Shown here piece by piece: positions 11,516 through 25,386 of a DNA stretch of 64,000 nucleotides; within the stretch, counting starts at the first letter, position 1, and each line of letters opens with the position of its first letter. The translations under genes and the position numbers were made by a program. The DNA is taken from the NCBI GenBank assembly GCA_964016885.1, contig OZ024756.1:37758001-37822000 (forward strand), written 5' to 3'. This DNA is from Eledone cirrhosa (Eukaryota). Under the pieces are notes generated by a model. That model had not been told where the DNA came from and did no database searches. It saw only the letters and a list, made by a program, of their open reading frames with translations.

Positions 11516-11564
<49 letters not shown>

Positions 11565-11625
11565 ACACACACACACGCATAGATAGGTATATGCGTGTGT
11601 GATATAACATCCAGGTATATAAATA

Positions 11626-11676
<51 letters not shown>

Positions 11677-11744
11677 GCATATATATATATATATATATAA
11701 ATATATATGCATATGTGTGTGATGTACTATATTATATTCATTAT

Positions 11745-11925
11745 TAAGTGGCAGTATCGGTAGAGGTTCGGACGCCATGCGTTGACGCATAGAGTTACGG
11801 CCCTTTCCATTCTGAGTTCAAATCCTGCCGAGGTTAACTTTGCCTTACATCCTTACGGGGTCGATAAAATAAAGTACCAGTAATGTACTAGGTAATTTGG
11901 TGGCCTTGTGCCAAAAAGTAGACCT
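11745..11925 (+). mobile_element. SINE type 1
   Basis: tggcagtatcggtagagg...gagttcaaatcc...ggggtcgataaaataaagtacc. Confidence 0.85.
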
Positions 11926-12185
11926 ATAATTTCTACTTAATATGAATAATAGGTAAAGGAGAGAGTGTGTGTATGTATGTGTGTGTGTGTATGTGTGTGT
12001 ATATGTGTGTGTGTGTTTTACATAAATATAAACTGTCACGTGCCGGTGGCTTTTATTTTCACATCGCTTCCTGCCAACTGCTTCTTTGCAAACAATAATA
12101 ATAAAATTGATAACTGTTTGGTAAAGAGAAATTAGGAGAGAGAGAAAGAGAGGTGTACATGTATTGAAGAGGGAGGGGGCACTTA

Positions 12186-12231
<46 letters not shown>

Positions 12232-12261
12232 TAAGTGCCCCCCCCCCTTCTTCAATACATG

Positions 12262-12292
<31 letters not shown>

Positions 12293-13107
12293 ATAGAGAG
12301 AGAGAGAGGTTAAGTGTATGTAGTCTTATTAAGAGGGTGTGTGGAAGTGAAGAGTTATTGCCCCTCCTTTTCCTGCTAGAGAGGGTGGGGAGAATGAAGA
12401 GTCTTTGTTTTAGCTCCTCCCCCTTATATACATATGTGTGTATATATATATATATCCTTATATATATATATATATATGTAGTGTGTAACGTTCTTTGTTT
12501 TATCTCTCGCCCTCTACTCTTCTTTCTCTCTCTCTCTCTCTTGTTCTCTCTTTCTTACCTTTCCTTCCACCTCTTTTCTCCTCTCCCCCTCCACCTCCAT
12601 CTACTCTAGTCTTATCTAACTTGACCATCACCACCACCACCCCTCCACCATCATCAACATTATTATAACAGTTCCCCTCCCTCCTCCCTCCCTCCGCTTC
12701 TTAGTAAATCACGCCTTTTCTCTCTCTCTCTCTCTCTACTCCTACTACTACTCCCTTATTCTTAAGATTACTGTTATTATTAGTATTAATATTTATTTGT
12801 ATATTTTTCTCCTTTATAATGTTCTCTATATAATAATTCTCCATAATTCCTTTCATCTTTTATCGATTCATCATCATTCTCTTGCCCTCCCCCCTCCTCT
12901 CCTCTCACGAGTGTGTGCGTATGTGTATCTAAGTGTGTGTATATATATATATATATATGTGTGTGTATACGTATATATATATATGTATGTATACATACGT
13001 ATATATACATGTAAACTTACACATGTGTGTATGCATGTATGTGTGTGTTGTGTGTATCTATGTGTATATATATATATATAGTTAAATTAATAGCATGTGT
13101 ATATATG

Positions 13108-13157
<50 letters not shown>

Positions 13158-14629
13158 CACATGCTATTAATTTAACTTTTGTTTGAATCTAAATAAAATT
13201 AGCCAAAAAAACCCACCTCTCCACCACCACTCTCAACCTACCCTCCCTCTTTACCTTGTTTCATCTACTTTCACTACTACTCTCCTCCCTTTGTGTGTGT
13301 ATGTAGAAGAGGGGGGGGGGGGCGAGTAGTCTTCTCTTTTTCCTTAGTCTTCCTCTCTTTTTTTTCCTTTCCTCCTACCCCCTATATGGTCTTAGGTCCA
13401 TTTCCGTAGTTCTAACCACATCCCCTCACCCTCTCTCTCTCTGTTTGCCACCTCCTTCTCTCCCCCCATTTCTCTTTCCTTCCTCCTACCACATCTGTAG
13501 TCTTAGGTCCGTTTCCGTAGTTCTGTCCACCACCTTTAACCCATACCACTCTCCCCCTCTCTCTCCTCAAACTCTCCGTCAGTCACTCTTGTTCCAAACT
13601 CTCTCTCTCTATATATATTTTTCTCGTCCTCTTACTCCTTTGTTCCAACTTTCCTCCCCTTCCTCCTGCTATAGATACCTGCCTGCTTTTATTTATTTAT
13701 TTGTTTATTTATATAAACTCCTTTCCAACTGGATCTCTCTCTCTCTTTCCCTCTGCTACAGTCCACTCTTTGTTTCCCTTCCTCTCACTCTTCCTCACAT
13801 ATATGCCAGCACCATCGCTCTCTCTCTTTGCTATCTCCCTCTATTTGCTACACTAGACACCCTCTCTCACTCTCTCTCATACTAACACTTTTCGTTCTCT
13901 CCGCTCCTCCTTCCTCTATTTCTAATCTACTCTACTTTCTTTCCCCTCCTCACCTGTCTAGTTCATTATCCCCCCCCCCTCTCTCTGCTGTTGCTGGGAC
14001 TTAACATTTCTCTTCTATAACTATATTATATTATTAATCGTGTGTTTGTATCCATTGGCGAATGTATTTTTTTACCGGCGGAAGAAATAATATTTAAAAA
14101 CCACCACCACCACAACCACAGCAACAACCATAACAAACAAAAAGAAAAAACACCAACAACACATCACCAACACGGCATGTAAAGCTATTACTAGTTGTTG
14201 TTGTTATTATAGTATTTGTTATAGTTGTTTTTTGTTGATGTAGTACTTGCTGTTTCTACCTCAACTCTACTATAACCTATACCTCTAGCTTTTCCACCAC
14301 CCCTACACTTTGAAGCCTTATCAGCGATACCCTTAAACTAATCCCGACTTCCGTGTACCCCTAATAGTTCATTTTATTTTATTTTTATTTTTATTTTATA
14401 CACGTTTCGGATCCATACTTTATCTTCCTTTGCTACATTTTCCCCTATATGTCTATCTATCAATCTATGTCTCTTTCTATCTATCAGATATAAATAGATA
14501 TGTAAACAAACAAAAAATACCCTAGTAATTAACAACACAGCCGTTAATTTAATCCATATTTATTTCACACCAGTGTTTATAATCACACACATACATACAC
14601 ATACATATATATATATTTATATATATATA

Positions 14630-14672
<43 letters not shown>

Positions 14673-14992
14673 GCGCACACACACACACACACACGCGTAA
14701 ATACATATAGTCATATGTATTTATATATATGCCTATAAGTTTCTATGTACTCACATTTCGGAACGGATTATCAAGCTCGGTACCATCATCAACAACAACA
14801 ACAACAGCAGCATCATCATCGTCGTCAATAACAACAATAACACATTCGTTATTGATCTTCTATTGGAAACATCATAAACAGCCGGTGGTTTTTATGTACG
14901 TTCATGGACAACATTGGGAGATGAAGTTTTCTACGCTTGTTGATCAGGTATTATATTTCACTTTATTTGTGTGTGCTTATGTTATATATATA

Positions 14993-15029
<37 letters not shown>

Positions 15030-15210
15030 GTGTGTACATATAGCATAATAAGTATGCGTTTATATATACACACTGTGTGTGTATAACGGCGTTCTTCCCC
15101 CACAGCATTTTTTTTTCATGTTCAACAAACAAAATTATATATATATATATATACATATGTATATATGAAATACTGTTGGCTTCACGCTCACAATAATTTC
15201 TATACTTATC

Positions 15211-15247
<37 letters not shown>

Positions 15248-15516
15248 ATGCACCCCCCCCCCCCAAATAAATATACACACCTCAACAGCATTCTAATAAA
15301 TATTGCTTGTACTGGTAATCAAAGTGTGTATACATTTTTGGGGAACATCCTCTGTGTGTGTGTATGTATAAATATATATATACATATATATACACACACA
15401 CGAGTTCCACCTTCCGTAGCTTATTTTAACTTCATTGTTGAGCCCCCCCCCCCCCGTATGCGTTTGTTGTTATTTACAATTCTATAAGAACAATCCTCAA
15501 CATTAACTTTAATGCT

Positions 15517-15554
<38 letters not shown>

Positions 15555-15557
<3 letters not shown>

Positions 15558-15712
15558 GAATGATCAGGGCTTTCCTGATGATTTCTTTCGAATCAAACAG
15601 TTCTAGTCCTGTAGAAGCTATTGCTATATTAAACTTGATGTTTACACTCTACTAATGTATTGAGTACCTTATTAACTGTGGTTACCCCCTATTGTATCCG
15701 GGACTCTCACTC
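15555..15712 (+). mobile_element. Penelope-like remnant, family D, with degenerate hammerhead
   Basis: gctttc-CTGATGA-tttctttcgaat-cAAAC-ag...ct-GTA-gaagc; relatives at 1805-1850, 16082-16270, 36200-36314, 58441-58572. Confidence 0.65.
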
Positions 15713-16081
15713 TCTCATATATATATATATATATATAAAGTTTTCCACGTAGAAAGAGGAAGCCGATATAAAAATCATCGTGCGACCTATCTACTGACTT
15801 ATTGTGTGCCAGTATTAGGTTAACAATGTTTTGGAAGATAAGATTGGTTGCGACTTATACTCAAATATATAACAGTCCATCTCTACCTTTCTTTCTTCAG
15901 TTGTCCACTTTGGCATATATACCTATATATATGCACACACACACACACACACGTGTGTGTGTGTGTATATATAATACAATATTACACTCTGTCTAGCTCT
16001 ACACCTCGATACTGACGTGGACCTAAACATCGAGTGCTCACCCGGGTGAACCTACAGTAACTCCGCGTATATATGTGTGTG

Positions 16082-16270
16082 TGAGTCCTGAGTTCAGTCG
16101 GGGGGTAACCACAGTAAGGTACTCAATAGTTCAGTGCATACAACAAAATTTAATATAGAAATGGCTTCTACAAGACTAGAACTATTTCATTCGATGGACT
16201 TTCCTTACGATTTCCTTCGAGTGAAACAGTTCTAGTCGTGTAGAAGCCATTTCAATATTAAATTTTGTTA
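16082..16270. mobile_element. Family D remnant as inverted pair
   Basis: aacaaaatttaatatagaaatggcttctac... is mirrored by ...gtagaagccatttcaatattaaattttgtt. Confidence 0.65.
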
Positions 16271-16929
16271 TATATATTTATTAGCATTCTAATAAATATT
16301 GCCTGTACAGGTAATCAAAGTGTGTATACATTTTTTAGGACACCGTGTATATATATATATGTGTGTGTGTGTGCATATGTTGATATATAAACAAAAAGAA
16401 ATCAAACATACAGGTATCTGGTAAACAAAAAGAATGTTACCATTGATCTATTACGATTGGTTTTTAATCGATTTTCTTGTTGTTGTTGTTGTTGTTTTGT
16501 CATCAGGTAAATGGTAAATTCTTCCTCGGAATGTACTCTTCAAGTCTTACATTCTCCCCATCATCAAACGCACTTGCGCGCGCACGTGTGTGTGTGTATT
16601 GTATGAAATAGTATAATTTGGCCTCATACACACACACACACGCACGTATACATACATAGCCTTATTCGTATACACATATCGTGCATGTACTGTGGTTATT
16701 CGGCACATAAGGCGCTGGTTTGTTTTTAAGAAAAAAAAAGAAAGCAAAAAAAAACGTTGTGGTCGTATTTAAAATTCTTTTTATTTTGTGTATAGGTCGC
16801 GGTCAGATTTTGTCAACATTTTGGGACGGTTTGCGTCTTATACGTCGGAAAATGTCACATAAATGCACATACATTTGCCGTGTTGCCACATTAATTCTTG
16901 AGTAAACAAATAGTCTCTTTTGATTTAAA

Positions 16930-18070
16930 GTACACAGTGGTACCGTCTCTCTGTTGTGTATTTGATTTACTGTACCGTCTCTCTCAGGTGGTGTGTTGTG
17001 TATTTGAAGGGCAGTAGCCCATATACGGTGATACTATCTTTTTTTCAAATATTTTCTAAGAGACAGTAACTTCCCACAATGCTACCATCCCTTTGAAATT
17101 GTATGTTGTCTATTTGAGTTACAAGTAACCTCTCTTTAAAATGGAATGTTGTATATTTAAGGTACATTAAGCCTGTCTGGTACCATCCCTTTCAAATGGT
17201 ACGTTTATTTAGGGGACAGTAGCCTCACACAGTGGTACCATCTCTTTAAAATGGAATGTTGTATATTTGAGGAACAGTAGCCTCACACAATGGTACCCCA
17301 TAAGGCACAATAGCCTTACATAGTGGTACCATCTCTTTCAAGTGGTACGTTGGGATTTCAAGGAAAATAGTCTTATATAGTGGTACCGTCTCTTTCAAAT
17401 GATTATTTTTCTATTTGAGGGACAATAAGCCTTACACAGTGGTACCAACTCTTTCAAGTGGTATATTATCTATTTGAAGTAGAAGTAACCTCACACGGTG
17501 TCACCATCTCTTTAAAATGGTATGTTGTATATTTAAGGTACCTAAAGCCTGATACAGTGGTATCATTTCTTTCAAGTGGAATGTTTAGTTAAGGTACATT
17601 TAGCCTGATACAGTGGTACCATTTCTTTCAAGTGGTATGTTTAGTTAAGGTACATTTAGCCTGATACAGTGGTACCATTTCTTTCAAGTGGTATGTTTAG
17701 TTAAGGTACATTTAGCCTGATACAGTGGTACCATTTCTTTCAAGTGGTATGTTTAGTTAAGGTACATTTAGCCTGATACAGTGGTACCATTTCTTTCAAG
17801 TGGTATGTTTAGTTAAGGTACATTTAGCCTGATACAGTGGTACCATTTCTTTCAAGTGGTATGTTTAGTTGAGGGACAATAGCTTCACAGTGGTACCATC
17901 TCTTTCAAGTGGTATGTTTAGTTGAGGGACAATAGCTTCACAGTGGTACCATCTCTTTCAAGTGGTATGTTTAGTTAAGGTACAGTAGCCTTACACAGTG
18001 GTACCATTTCTTTCAAGTGGTACATTATCTATTTAAGGAACAATAGCTTCACAAGGTGATACTTACTCTT
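16930..18070. repeat. 56-bp minisatellite with homogenised core and diverged edges
   Basis: cagtggtaccatttctttcaagtggtatgtttagttaaggtacatttagcctgata recurs at 17611, 17667, 17723... Confidence 0.93.
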
Positions 18071-18287
18071 TCAAAGCAAAATCTAACAGTTTTTGAGCAA
18101 AGTTCTATCATTATTTATTCTATTATTCCCAACAGTTTACCATCATTATTCTAGTACTTTGGTAAATTGTCTACAAGTCTATAAAACTGAAATAGAAGGA
18201 AAATTGAAAGTTAGATGATTCAATACTAATGGGGGTAGGTATTGTTTACTCTGCTTCATAGAAATACAGACCTGTGATATATATACG

Positions 18288-18327
<40 letters not shown>

Positions 18328-18333
<6 letters not shown>

Positions 18334-18428
18334 GTCCCCCCAAAAATGTATATACACTTCAACAGCATTTTAATGAACATTGCTTGTACGGGTAATCAAA
18401 GTATGTATACATTTTTAGGGACACCCTG
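18328..18428. mobile_element. Tc1/mariner-type MITE (cagggtgtccc TIR family)
   Basis: agggtgtccc...gggacaccctg; relatives at ~15245-15353, 39657-39880 and partial copies at 16280-16348, 56075-56118. Confidence 0.72.
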
Positions 18429-18639
18429 CATGTATGTATATATATATATGCGTGTGTGTGTGTGTGTGTGTGCGCGTGTATATATATCGACGTGTCTGAA
18501 TTTGCAAGTGGGATAGATAAACATATATGTGTGGTGTGTGTGTTTATATATATATATATATATATGTCCCACCCTTGCAAGCAGGGAAAAGCGGACGTAA
18601 AATGATGATGATGATGATGATACCTACATGCACACACAT

Positions 18640-18673
<34 letters not shown>

Positions 18674-18969
18674 TTACTCATACACAGGTGCATACATATT
18701 ACATGGAGCAAACCTCAAACTAATGCTAATACCCCCCCCCCCCCCCCCCCCTCATTTCTTCTCTCTGTCTCTCAGTAATATAACTTGCTGTATTTTATTG
18801 ATCGAAAACTTAGTAGTAGTAGTAGTAGTCTTTGGACAGCTTTCTATAAACTGGGCATGTGTATGTGAGTGAGCGGGGGAGAGGGGGTACCTGAATACAC
18901 AGGTGTCTGTTAGCTTTTATATTCTATCTATATCTCTGTAGGTTCTTTACTTAATTTTCAATAATAATA

Positions 18970-19192
18970 ATAATTGTTTCTACTTTAGGCACAAGGCCAG
19001 CAATTTGAAGGGGAGGGGAACGTTGTTTAAATTGACCCCCAGTGCATTACTGGTGCTTTATTTATCGACCACTGTAAGGATGAAAGGCAAAGCTAACATC
19101 GCTGGGATTTGAACTCACAATGTAAAGGGTGATAACTCCATGCCGCAAAGCATGGTGTCTGACGCTCTACCGATACTACCAATCCACCACCG
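18970..19192 (-). mobile_element. SINE type 1
   Basis: Full-length copy with (TAA)n at its left end. Confidence 0.85.
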
Positions 19193-21228
19193 ACAATATT
19201 AATTTGTTTATTAAAAAGAAGGGCTTCACAAGATGAAAAAGCGTTAAGGGTGGCACAGGACAATAGTTTTTTATCTTGTAAAAATGTAACAACAAAAACC
19301 TTCGAGGTAATATTTTACCCAACACTGCTTCAATGCTATTTTGCAGTTTTTAACAGCTTCCTTACGCTGAGTTTTTCCATTTTTCCTGAGAATTTTAATA
19401 CACTCGCATCTCAAAACTAGATTTTCCAAGTTAATTTGTTTATACCCTTATAATAACATATAAATAACACATAAAATTGAAACAAAAGAAAATTCTCCCC
19501 CAAAAATGGGAAACTTCCAAGTGCTACTCTTGGAAAAAGCCACAATGACTCTGACCACTAAGGCAAGTGCTTTCTCCCATTTGTCCTCCAATCTACAGGT
19601 GTATACTGAAACAGTCCCCTATTCACTTGGACCATGCTTGCCACTCTCATCCATCCACCTTTCAGTAAATTTGGTGGAAAGCCCCCCCCCCCCCCCTGCC
19701 CTGATTTGTTATCCTTTTTACGTGACACAATAAAGGCTGTCTAAATATAAATATATATAGACTTTGAGACTTAGATCTCCATGCTTTGTGGAGGCACGTG
19801 GCCCAGTGATAACAGTGTTGGGCTTACAATCATAGTGTCACAGATTCGATTCCTGGCCTGGGTTGTGTGTTGTGTTCTTGAGCAAAACATTTCATTGCAT
19901 TTAGTTTAGTGTTTAGTTTCATTTTATATTGACCACTAGTGTAGTATCATCATGGTCCCTTTTCGTCCTCTTTCCAAGTTAGCATGGGTCAGACTGGTCA
20001 TCACTGTCCAAGACAAGATGGTTCACTGGATACCATGTCTTGCTCATATGTTCCATATTTTGGCATGTTTTCATAAAACCAACCACTTTACTGTGTGTTG
20101 GAGACATTTTATCATGACAACAGCCCTACCACATTACAAAGTATGCTAGGTGTATTTTGTGGCACCAACACTTTCACTTTACAAGGTGTACTGGGTGCAT
20201 TTTATTGTGACACAAAACATTTGCACTTTATAGAGTGGGCCTGGTGCATTTTATCATGTCACCACCACTACCACATTACAATGTGCTAGATATATTTTAT
20301 CATGACACCAGCACTACCACTTTACAGAGTATACTAGATGCATTTTATTATGGCACCAACGCTAGGAAAATTGTCAGGTTTTTTGGTCAAACCAAAAGGT
20401 GTTTTCTACCATGTTATCTCAGTTTGCTTGCCATCAACTCTCCAGGAGATATTTAGTTCATCTCACCATGGTGCCAACATCAGAGATTTTTCCATTTAAT
20501 GTATTTCAAGACAATGCTTTACTCAATGACTAAAAGTACTTCCATTTATAAACAAATTTACAAAATTGTTGTATCAGGAGTAAAATATATCATATTTGTG
20601 GTCCATTGGTGGAGTGATGGGAAGGGGGGTGGGGATTGGACAAGAAACTTAGCAAGTACCAGGTTTCCTCAGCACTTTGGTTCAAAGCTTGCCAGGGTCA
20701 ACTTTACCTTTGCAGCCTTTCTGGGTCAATAAATAAAATAGTGCCAGTCCTGGGGTGGTGATGCATTGGCAGAACTGGTGGTGTTACTGCCACTACTACT
20801 ACTACTACTAGTGGTGGGGGGGGGGGGATCTTGTTGCATAAAGCATTTCAGTATGATTATAGAGGTGGGAAGGGGTATAGTGATAGAAGGGCGAGGTGTG
20901 TGTGTGTGTAGGTAGCAGGTATCTAGTTTCTTATGGCAGCTGTCATTAGCTGTGTCATTGTTTAATACCTGGAGTAGCCAGAGTGACTGGTGGGTGGAAG
21001 GCTGGGCTGGGTGTTACCATAGTGATGAATAAAAGGTGGTTGACATGGTGGAGGAGGTGGTGGGAGTGTCTCTCTCTCTGTATATATATGTCATTTATTT
21101 AGTCTATATGGAGTAATTAGCTTAGTTTGATTTGTAGTTTGTTGTCATGGTAATAGTGGACTGTGTGAAGTTCTTTGAAGTGCACAGCTGGTTCAAGAGA
21201 GCACATGTAGCAAATATATGCTCTAGAG

Positions 21229-23840
21229 CAGCAGTCCCCAACCTTTCGGACTTCATGGAGCACTAAATTCATAATTTTAAATCACGCGGTCCACTAATAT
21301 GAATTTTTTTAAAAAAGATAAATACACTTGTAAAATAATGATCAGAGAACTTCCATTTTATTAAACAATCCTGAAGTGCACATGTGTCATATTGTCAATA
21401 GGTGATATATAGGTGTAAAATAATGACCAGAGAACTTCCATTTTATTAAACAATCCTGAAGTGTACCTGTGTCATATTGTCAATAGGTGATATATAGGTG
21501 TAAAATAATGATCAGAGAACTTCTATTTTATTAAACAATCCTGAAGTGTACCTGTGTCATATTGTCAATAGGTGATATATAGGTGTAAAATAATGATCAG
21601 AGAACTTCTATTTTATTAAACAATCCTGAAGTGTACCTGTGTCATATTGTCAATAGGTGATATATAGGTGTAAAATAATGATCAGAGAACTTCTATTTTA
21701 TTAAACAATCCTGAAGTGTACCTGTGTCATATTGTCAATAGGTGATATATAGGTGTAAAATAATGATCAGAGAACTTCTATTTTATTAAACAATCCTGAA
21801 GTGTACCTGTGTCATATTGTCAATAGGTGATATATAGGTGTAAAATAATGATCAGAGAACTTCTATTTTATTAAACAATCCTGAAGTGTACCTGTGTCAT
21901 ATTGTCAATAGGTGATATATAGGTGTAAAATAATGACCAGAGAACTTCCATTTTATTAAACAATCCTGAAGTGTACCTGTGTCATATTGTCAATAGGTGA
22001 TATATAGGTGTAAAATAATGATCAGAGAACTTCTATTTTATTAAACAATCCTGAAGTGTACCTGTGTCATATTGTCAATAGGTGATATATAGATGTAAAA
22101 TAATGATCAGAGAACTTCTATTTTATTAAACAATCCTGAAGTGTACCTGTGTCATATTGTCAATAGGTGATATATAGGTGTAAAATAATGACCAGAGAAC
22201 TTCCATTTTATTAAACAATACTAAAGTGTACCTGTGTCATATTGTCAATAGGTGATATATAGGTGTAAAATAATGATCAGAGAACTTCTATTTTATTAAA
22301 CAATCCTGAAGTGTACCTGTGTCATATTGTCAATAGGTGATATATAGATGTAAAATAATGATCAGAGAACTTCTATTTTATTAAACAATCCTGAAGTGTA
22401 CCTGTGTCATATTGTCAATAGGTGATATATAGGTGTAAAATAATGATCAGAGAACTTCCATTTTATTAAACAATACTGAAGTGTACCTGTGTCATATTGT
22501 CAATAGGTGATATATAGGTGTAAAATAATGACCAGAGAACTTCCATTTTATTAAACAATACTGAAGTGTACATGTGTCATATTGTCAATAGGTGATATAT
22601 ATGTGTAAAATAATGACCAGAGAACTTCCATTTTATTAAACAATACTGAAGTGTACCTGTGTCATATTGTCAATAGGTGATATATAGATGTAAAATAATG
22701 ATCAGAGAACTTCTATTTTATTAAACAATCCTGAAGTGTACCTGTGTCATATTGTCAATAGGTGATATATAGGTGTAAAATAATGACCAGAGAACTTCCA
22801 TTTTATTAAACAATCCTGAAGTGTACCTGTGTCATATTGTCAATAGGTGATATATAGGTGTAAAATAATGATCAGAGAACTTCTATTTTATTAAACAATC
22901 CTGAAGTGTACCTGTGTCATATTGTCAATAGGTGATATATAGATGTAAAATAATGATCAGAGAACTTCTATTTTATTAAACAATCCTGAAGTGTACCTGT
23001 GTCATATTGTCAATAGGTGATATATAGGTGTAAAATAATGACCAGAGAACTTCCATTTTATTAAACAATACTAAAGTGTACCTGTGTCATATTGTCAATA
23101 GGTGATATATAGGTGTAAAATAATGATCAGAGAACTTCTATTTTATTAAACAATCCTGAAGTGTACCTGTGTCATATTGTCAATAGGTGATATATAGATG
23201 TAAAATAATGATCAGAGAACTTCTATTTTATTAAACAATCCTGAAGTGTACCTGTGTCATATTGTCAATAGGTGATATATAGGTGTAAAATAATGATCAG
23301 AGAACTTCCATTTTATTAAACAATACTGAAGTGTACCTGTGTCATATTGTCAATAGGTGATATATAGGTGTAAAATAATGACCAGAGAACTTCCATTTTA
23401 TTAAACAATACTGAAGTGTACATGTGTCATATTGTCAATAGGTGATATATATGTGTAAAATAATGACCAGAGAACTTCCATTTTATTAAACAATACTGAA
23501 GTGTACCTGTGTCATATTGTCAATAGGTGATATATAGATGTAAAATAATGATCAGAGAACTTCTATTTTATTAAACAATCCTGAAGTGTACCTGTGTCAT
23601 ATTGTCAATAGATGATACATATGTGTAAAATTCTTTCACGGATGTTAGTTCTCTACTGAGGAGAAACATTTTTAGGGGGAGGGGGTTATAAAATATATTT
23701 TAACTGAATAATATTTTTGTTTTATTATTAATAAAACATAAAAATTGCTCATAATGTCCAAATTTTTCAGCAGACAACCAAAATTTTATCTCGGATCACC
23801 AGTGGTCCATGGTCCGCAGGCCACTGGTTGGCGACCCCTG
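21229..23840. mobile_element. hAT (Charlie-like) non-autonomous element
   Basis: TIRs cagcagtccccaacc / ggttggcgacccctg (12/15 match); 8-bp TSD ctctagag (21221-21228) / atctagag (23841-23848), the NTCTAGAN site preferred by Charlie-type hATs. Confidence 0.85.
21329..23630. repeat. 85-bp tandem array, 27 units, inside the hAT element
   Basis: Unit tgtaaaataatgatcagagaacttctattttattaaacaatcctgaagtgtacctgtgtcatattgtcaataggtgatatatagg; period checked at 21411/21496/21581. Confidence 0.97.
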
Positions 23841-24594
23841 ATCTAGAGTTTATATCTTTGTTGTTATTGTATGTAGTGTTCAGAATCAAAGTTTAACAGT
23901 GTGTGGGTACATTCCAACAGGGGTATCTGGATTGAGGTGTTGGTGGCAGGGATAAAGGTACAGAGAAAATTAGTAGTATTGGAATTCCCTTGTGTGTGTG
24001 TGAAGCCAAGCATGACTGTGCTTATATTTCAGCCCCTTCCATGCCTCCTCCCTCACCAACTAAGTATCCACCTTAGACTCCCTTCACTGACTTCCCCTGT
24101 CTCTTTCCTGCATACTTGCCCCACCCCGAACTTCCATGCACACCCACAGTGATGCTGTCATGACAAAAAGCACCTACTTCACTCTGTATGCTGATAATCC
24201 TGGTACCACAGCATCAAAAGCACTCTGTCCACCCTGTTAAGTGGTTGTTCTGATGCCACGATAAAAAGCATTCAGTCATGGACTGCATTATCTAGTATGT
24301 CCTTCCTTGTTTTTTTAGCCTTTTTGATTCAAAACCACCTGAAACCATTCCTGGCTCTGCAATACAAACTATTATTTAATATGTTTATATTTATCTAAAA
24401 ACTTACCAACATATTTTAATGTAGGAACATATGTATAGGTGTGTGATATAGAAGCAACCATGCTAGACATGTGTGTAAAATATGAAGTTGCACCAGAAGC
24501 TCCCTCCCCCCACCTGCCCATTCCCTGGAATAGTATATACAGGGAGGTGGACAGCTAACAATGTGGGTTAGTATGGGTGAGTCAGATCTTGAAT

Positions 24595-25386
24595 TTAACC
24601 ATTCAGTATTTACATTACTCTATATTTACTATTGTATTTTCACTCTATATTTACTATTGTATTTTCACATGATAAAAAAAAAAAAAAAAGTGCAGGGCAA
24701 TAAAGATAGACGGTAGCCACGGAGTAGGCAGACCCAGAAAAACCTGGGACGACCTGATAAATTCCGACCTCACACACTTACACCTCTCCAAGACAATGTC
24801 ACTGGACCGAGATCTTTGGCGGTACTCAGTAATAGAGAAGACCCGCCTTACCTGAATACAAAGTAAAACCTACTACAGTCAGTAGGCATCTCTAACAAAA
24901 CACACCCCCGTCCCACCACTCCCACCCCATCCACACCGCCCCTTTCAATGTAAAGTTATGTTGGTGCCACAACATCCAGGCCGAAACAAATGAGATCGTG
25001 TAGGTGTCACGACAAAAAAACACACAGTCCACGCTGTAATGTGGCCGTGTAGGCAACACGGTAAAAACCTCCCAGTCCCACACTGTAAATGTGGTTGGTG
25101 TTAGGAAGGGCATCCAGCTGTAGAAGACCCGCCAGACAGTCCTATGCGAGCAAGACAACCACTCTTGCCTCAAGTGGGAAAACTCCCGTCCAAACCCATG
25201 CAAGCGTGGAACATGGACGTTAAACGATGATGATGATGATGATATCGACTCTATGAGATTTTGATATTGTTTATTTTGAGAACAATACCTTAACATCAGT
25301 ATGAGCGGCCAGTTACAGCCAGTTTCAACAGAAAGAGGTGAGGGAATTCTGGCCAGATATGACTGGTTTAAATGCTAAAGGGTTAA
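24595..25386. mobile_element. piggyBac-like TTAA MITE interrupted by an RTE insertion
   Basis: ttaa-cc...tttacattac at left and aaatgctaaaggg-ttaa at right; internal sequence matches 52507-52655 and 38072-38309. Confidence 0.75.
24687..25243 (+). mobile_element. 5'-truncated RTE copy (same family as 1-1192)
   Basis: Closely matches 655-1192; ends in (gat)n. Confidence 0.93.

Noticed and set aside
21329-23630. CRISPR-like regular array
   Set aside because: Units are contiguous with no unique spacers, no cas genes, eukaryotic context; it is a tandem satellite.
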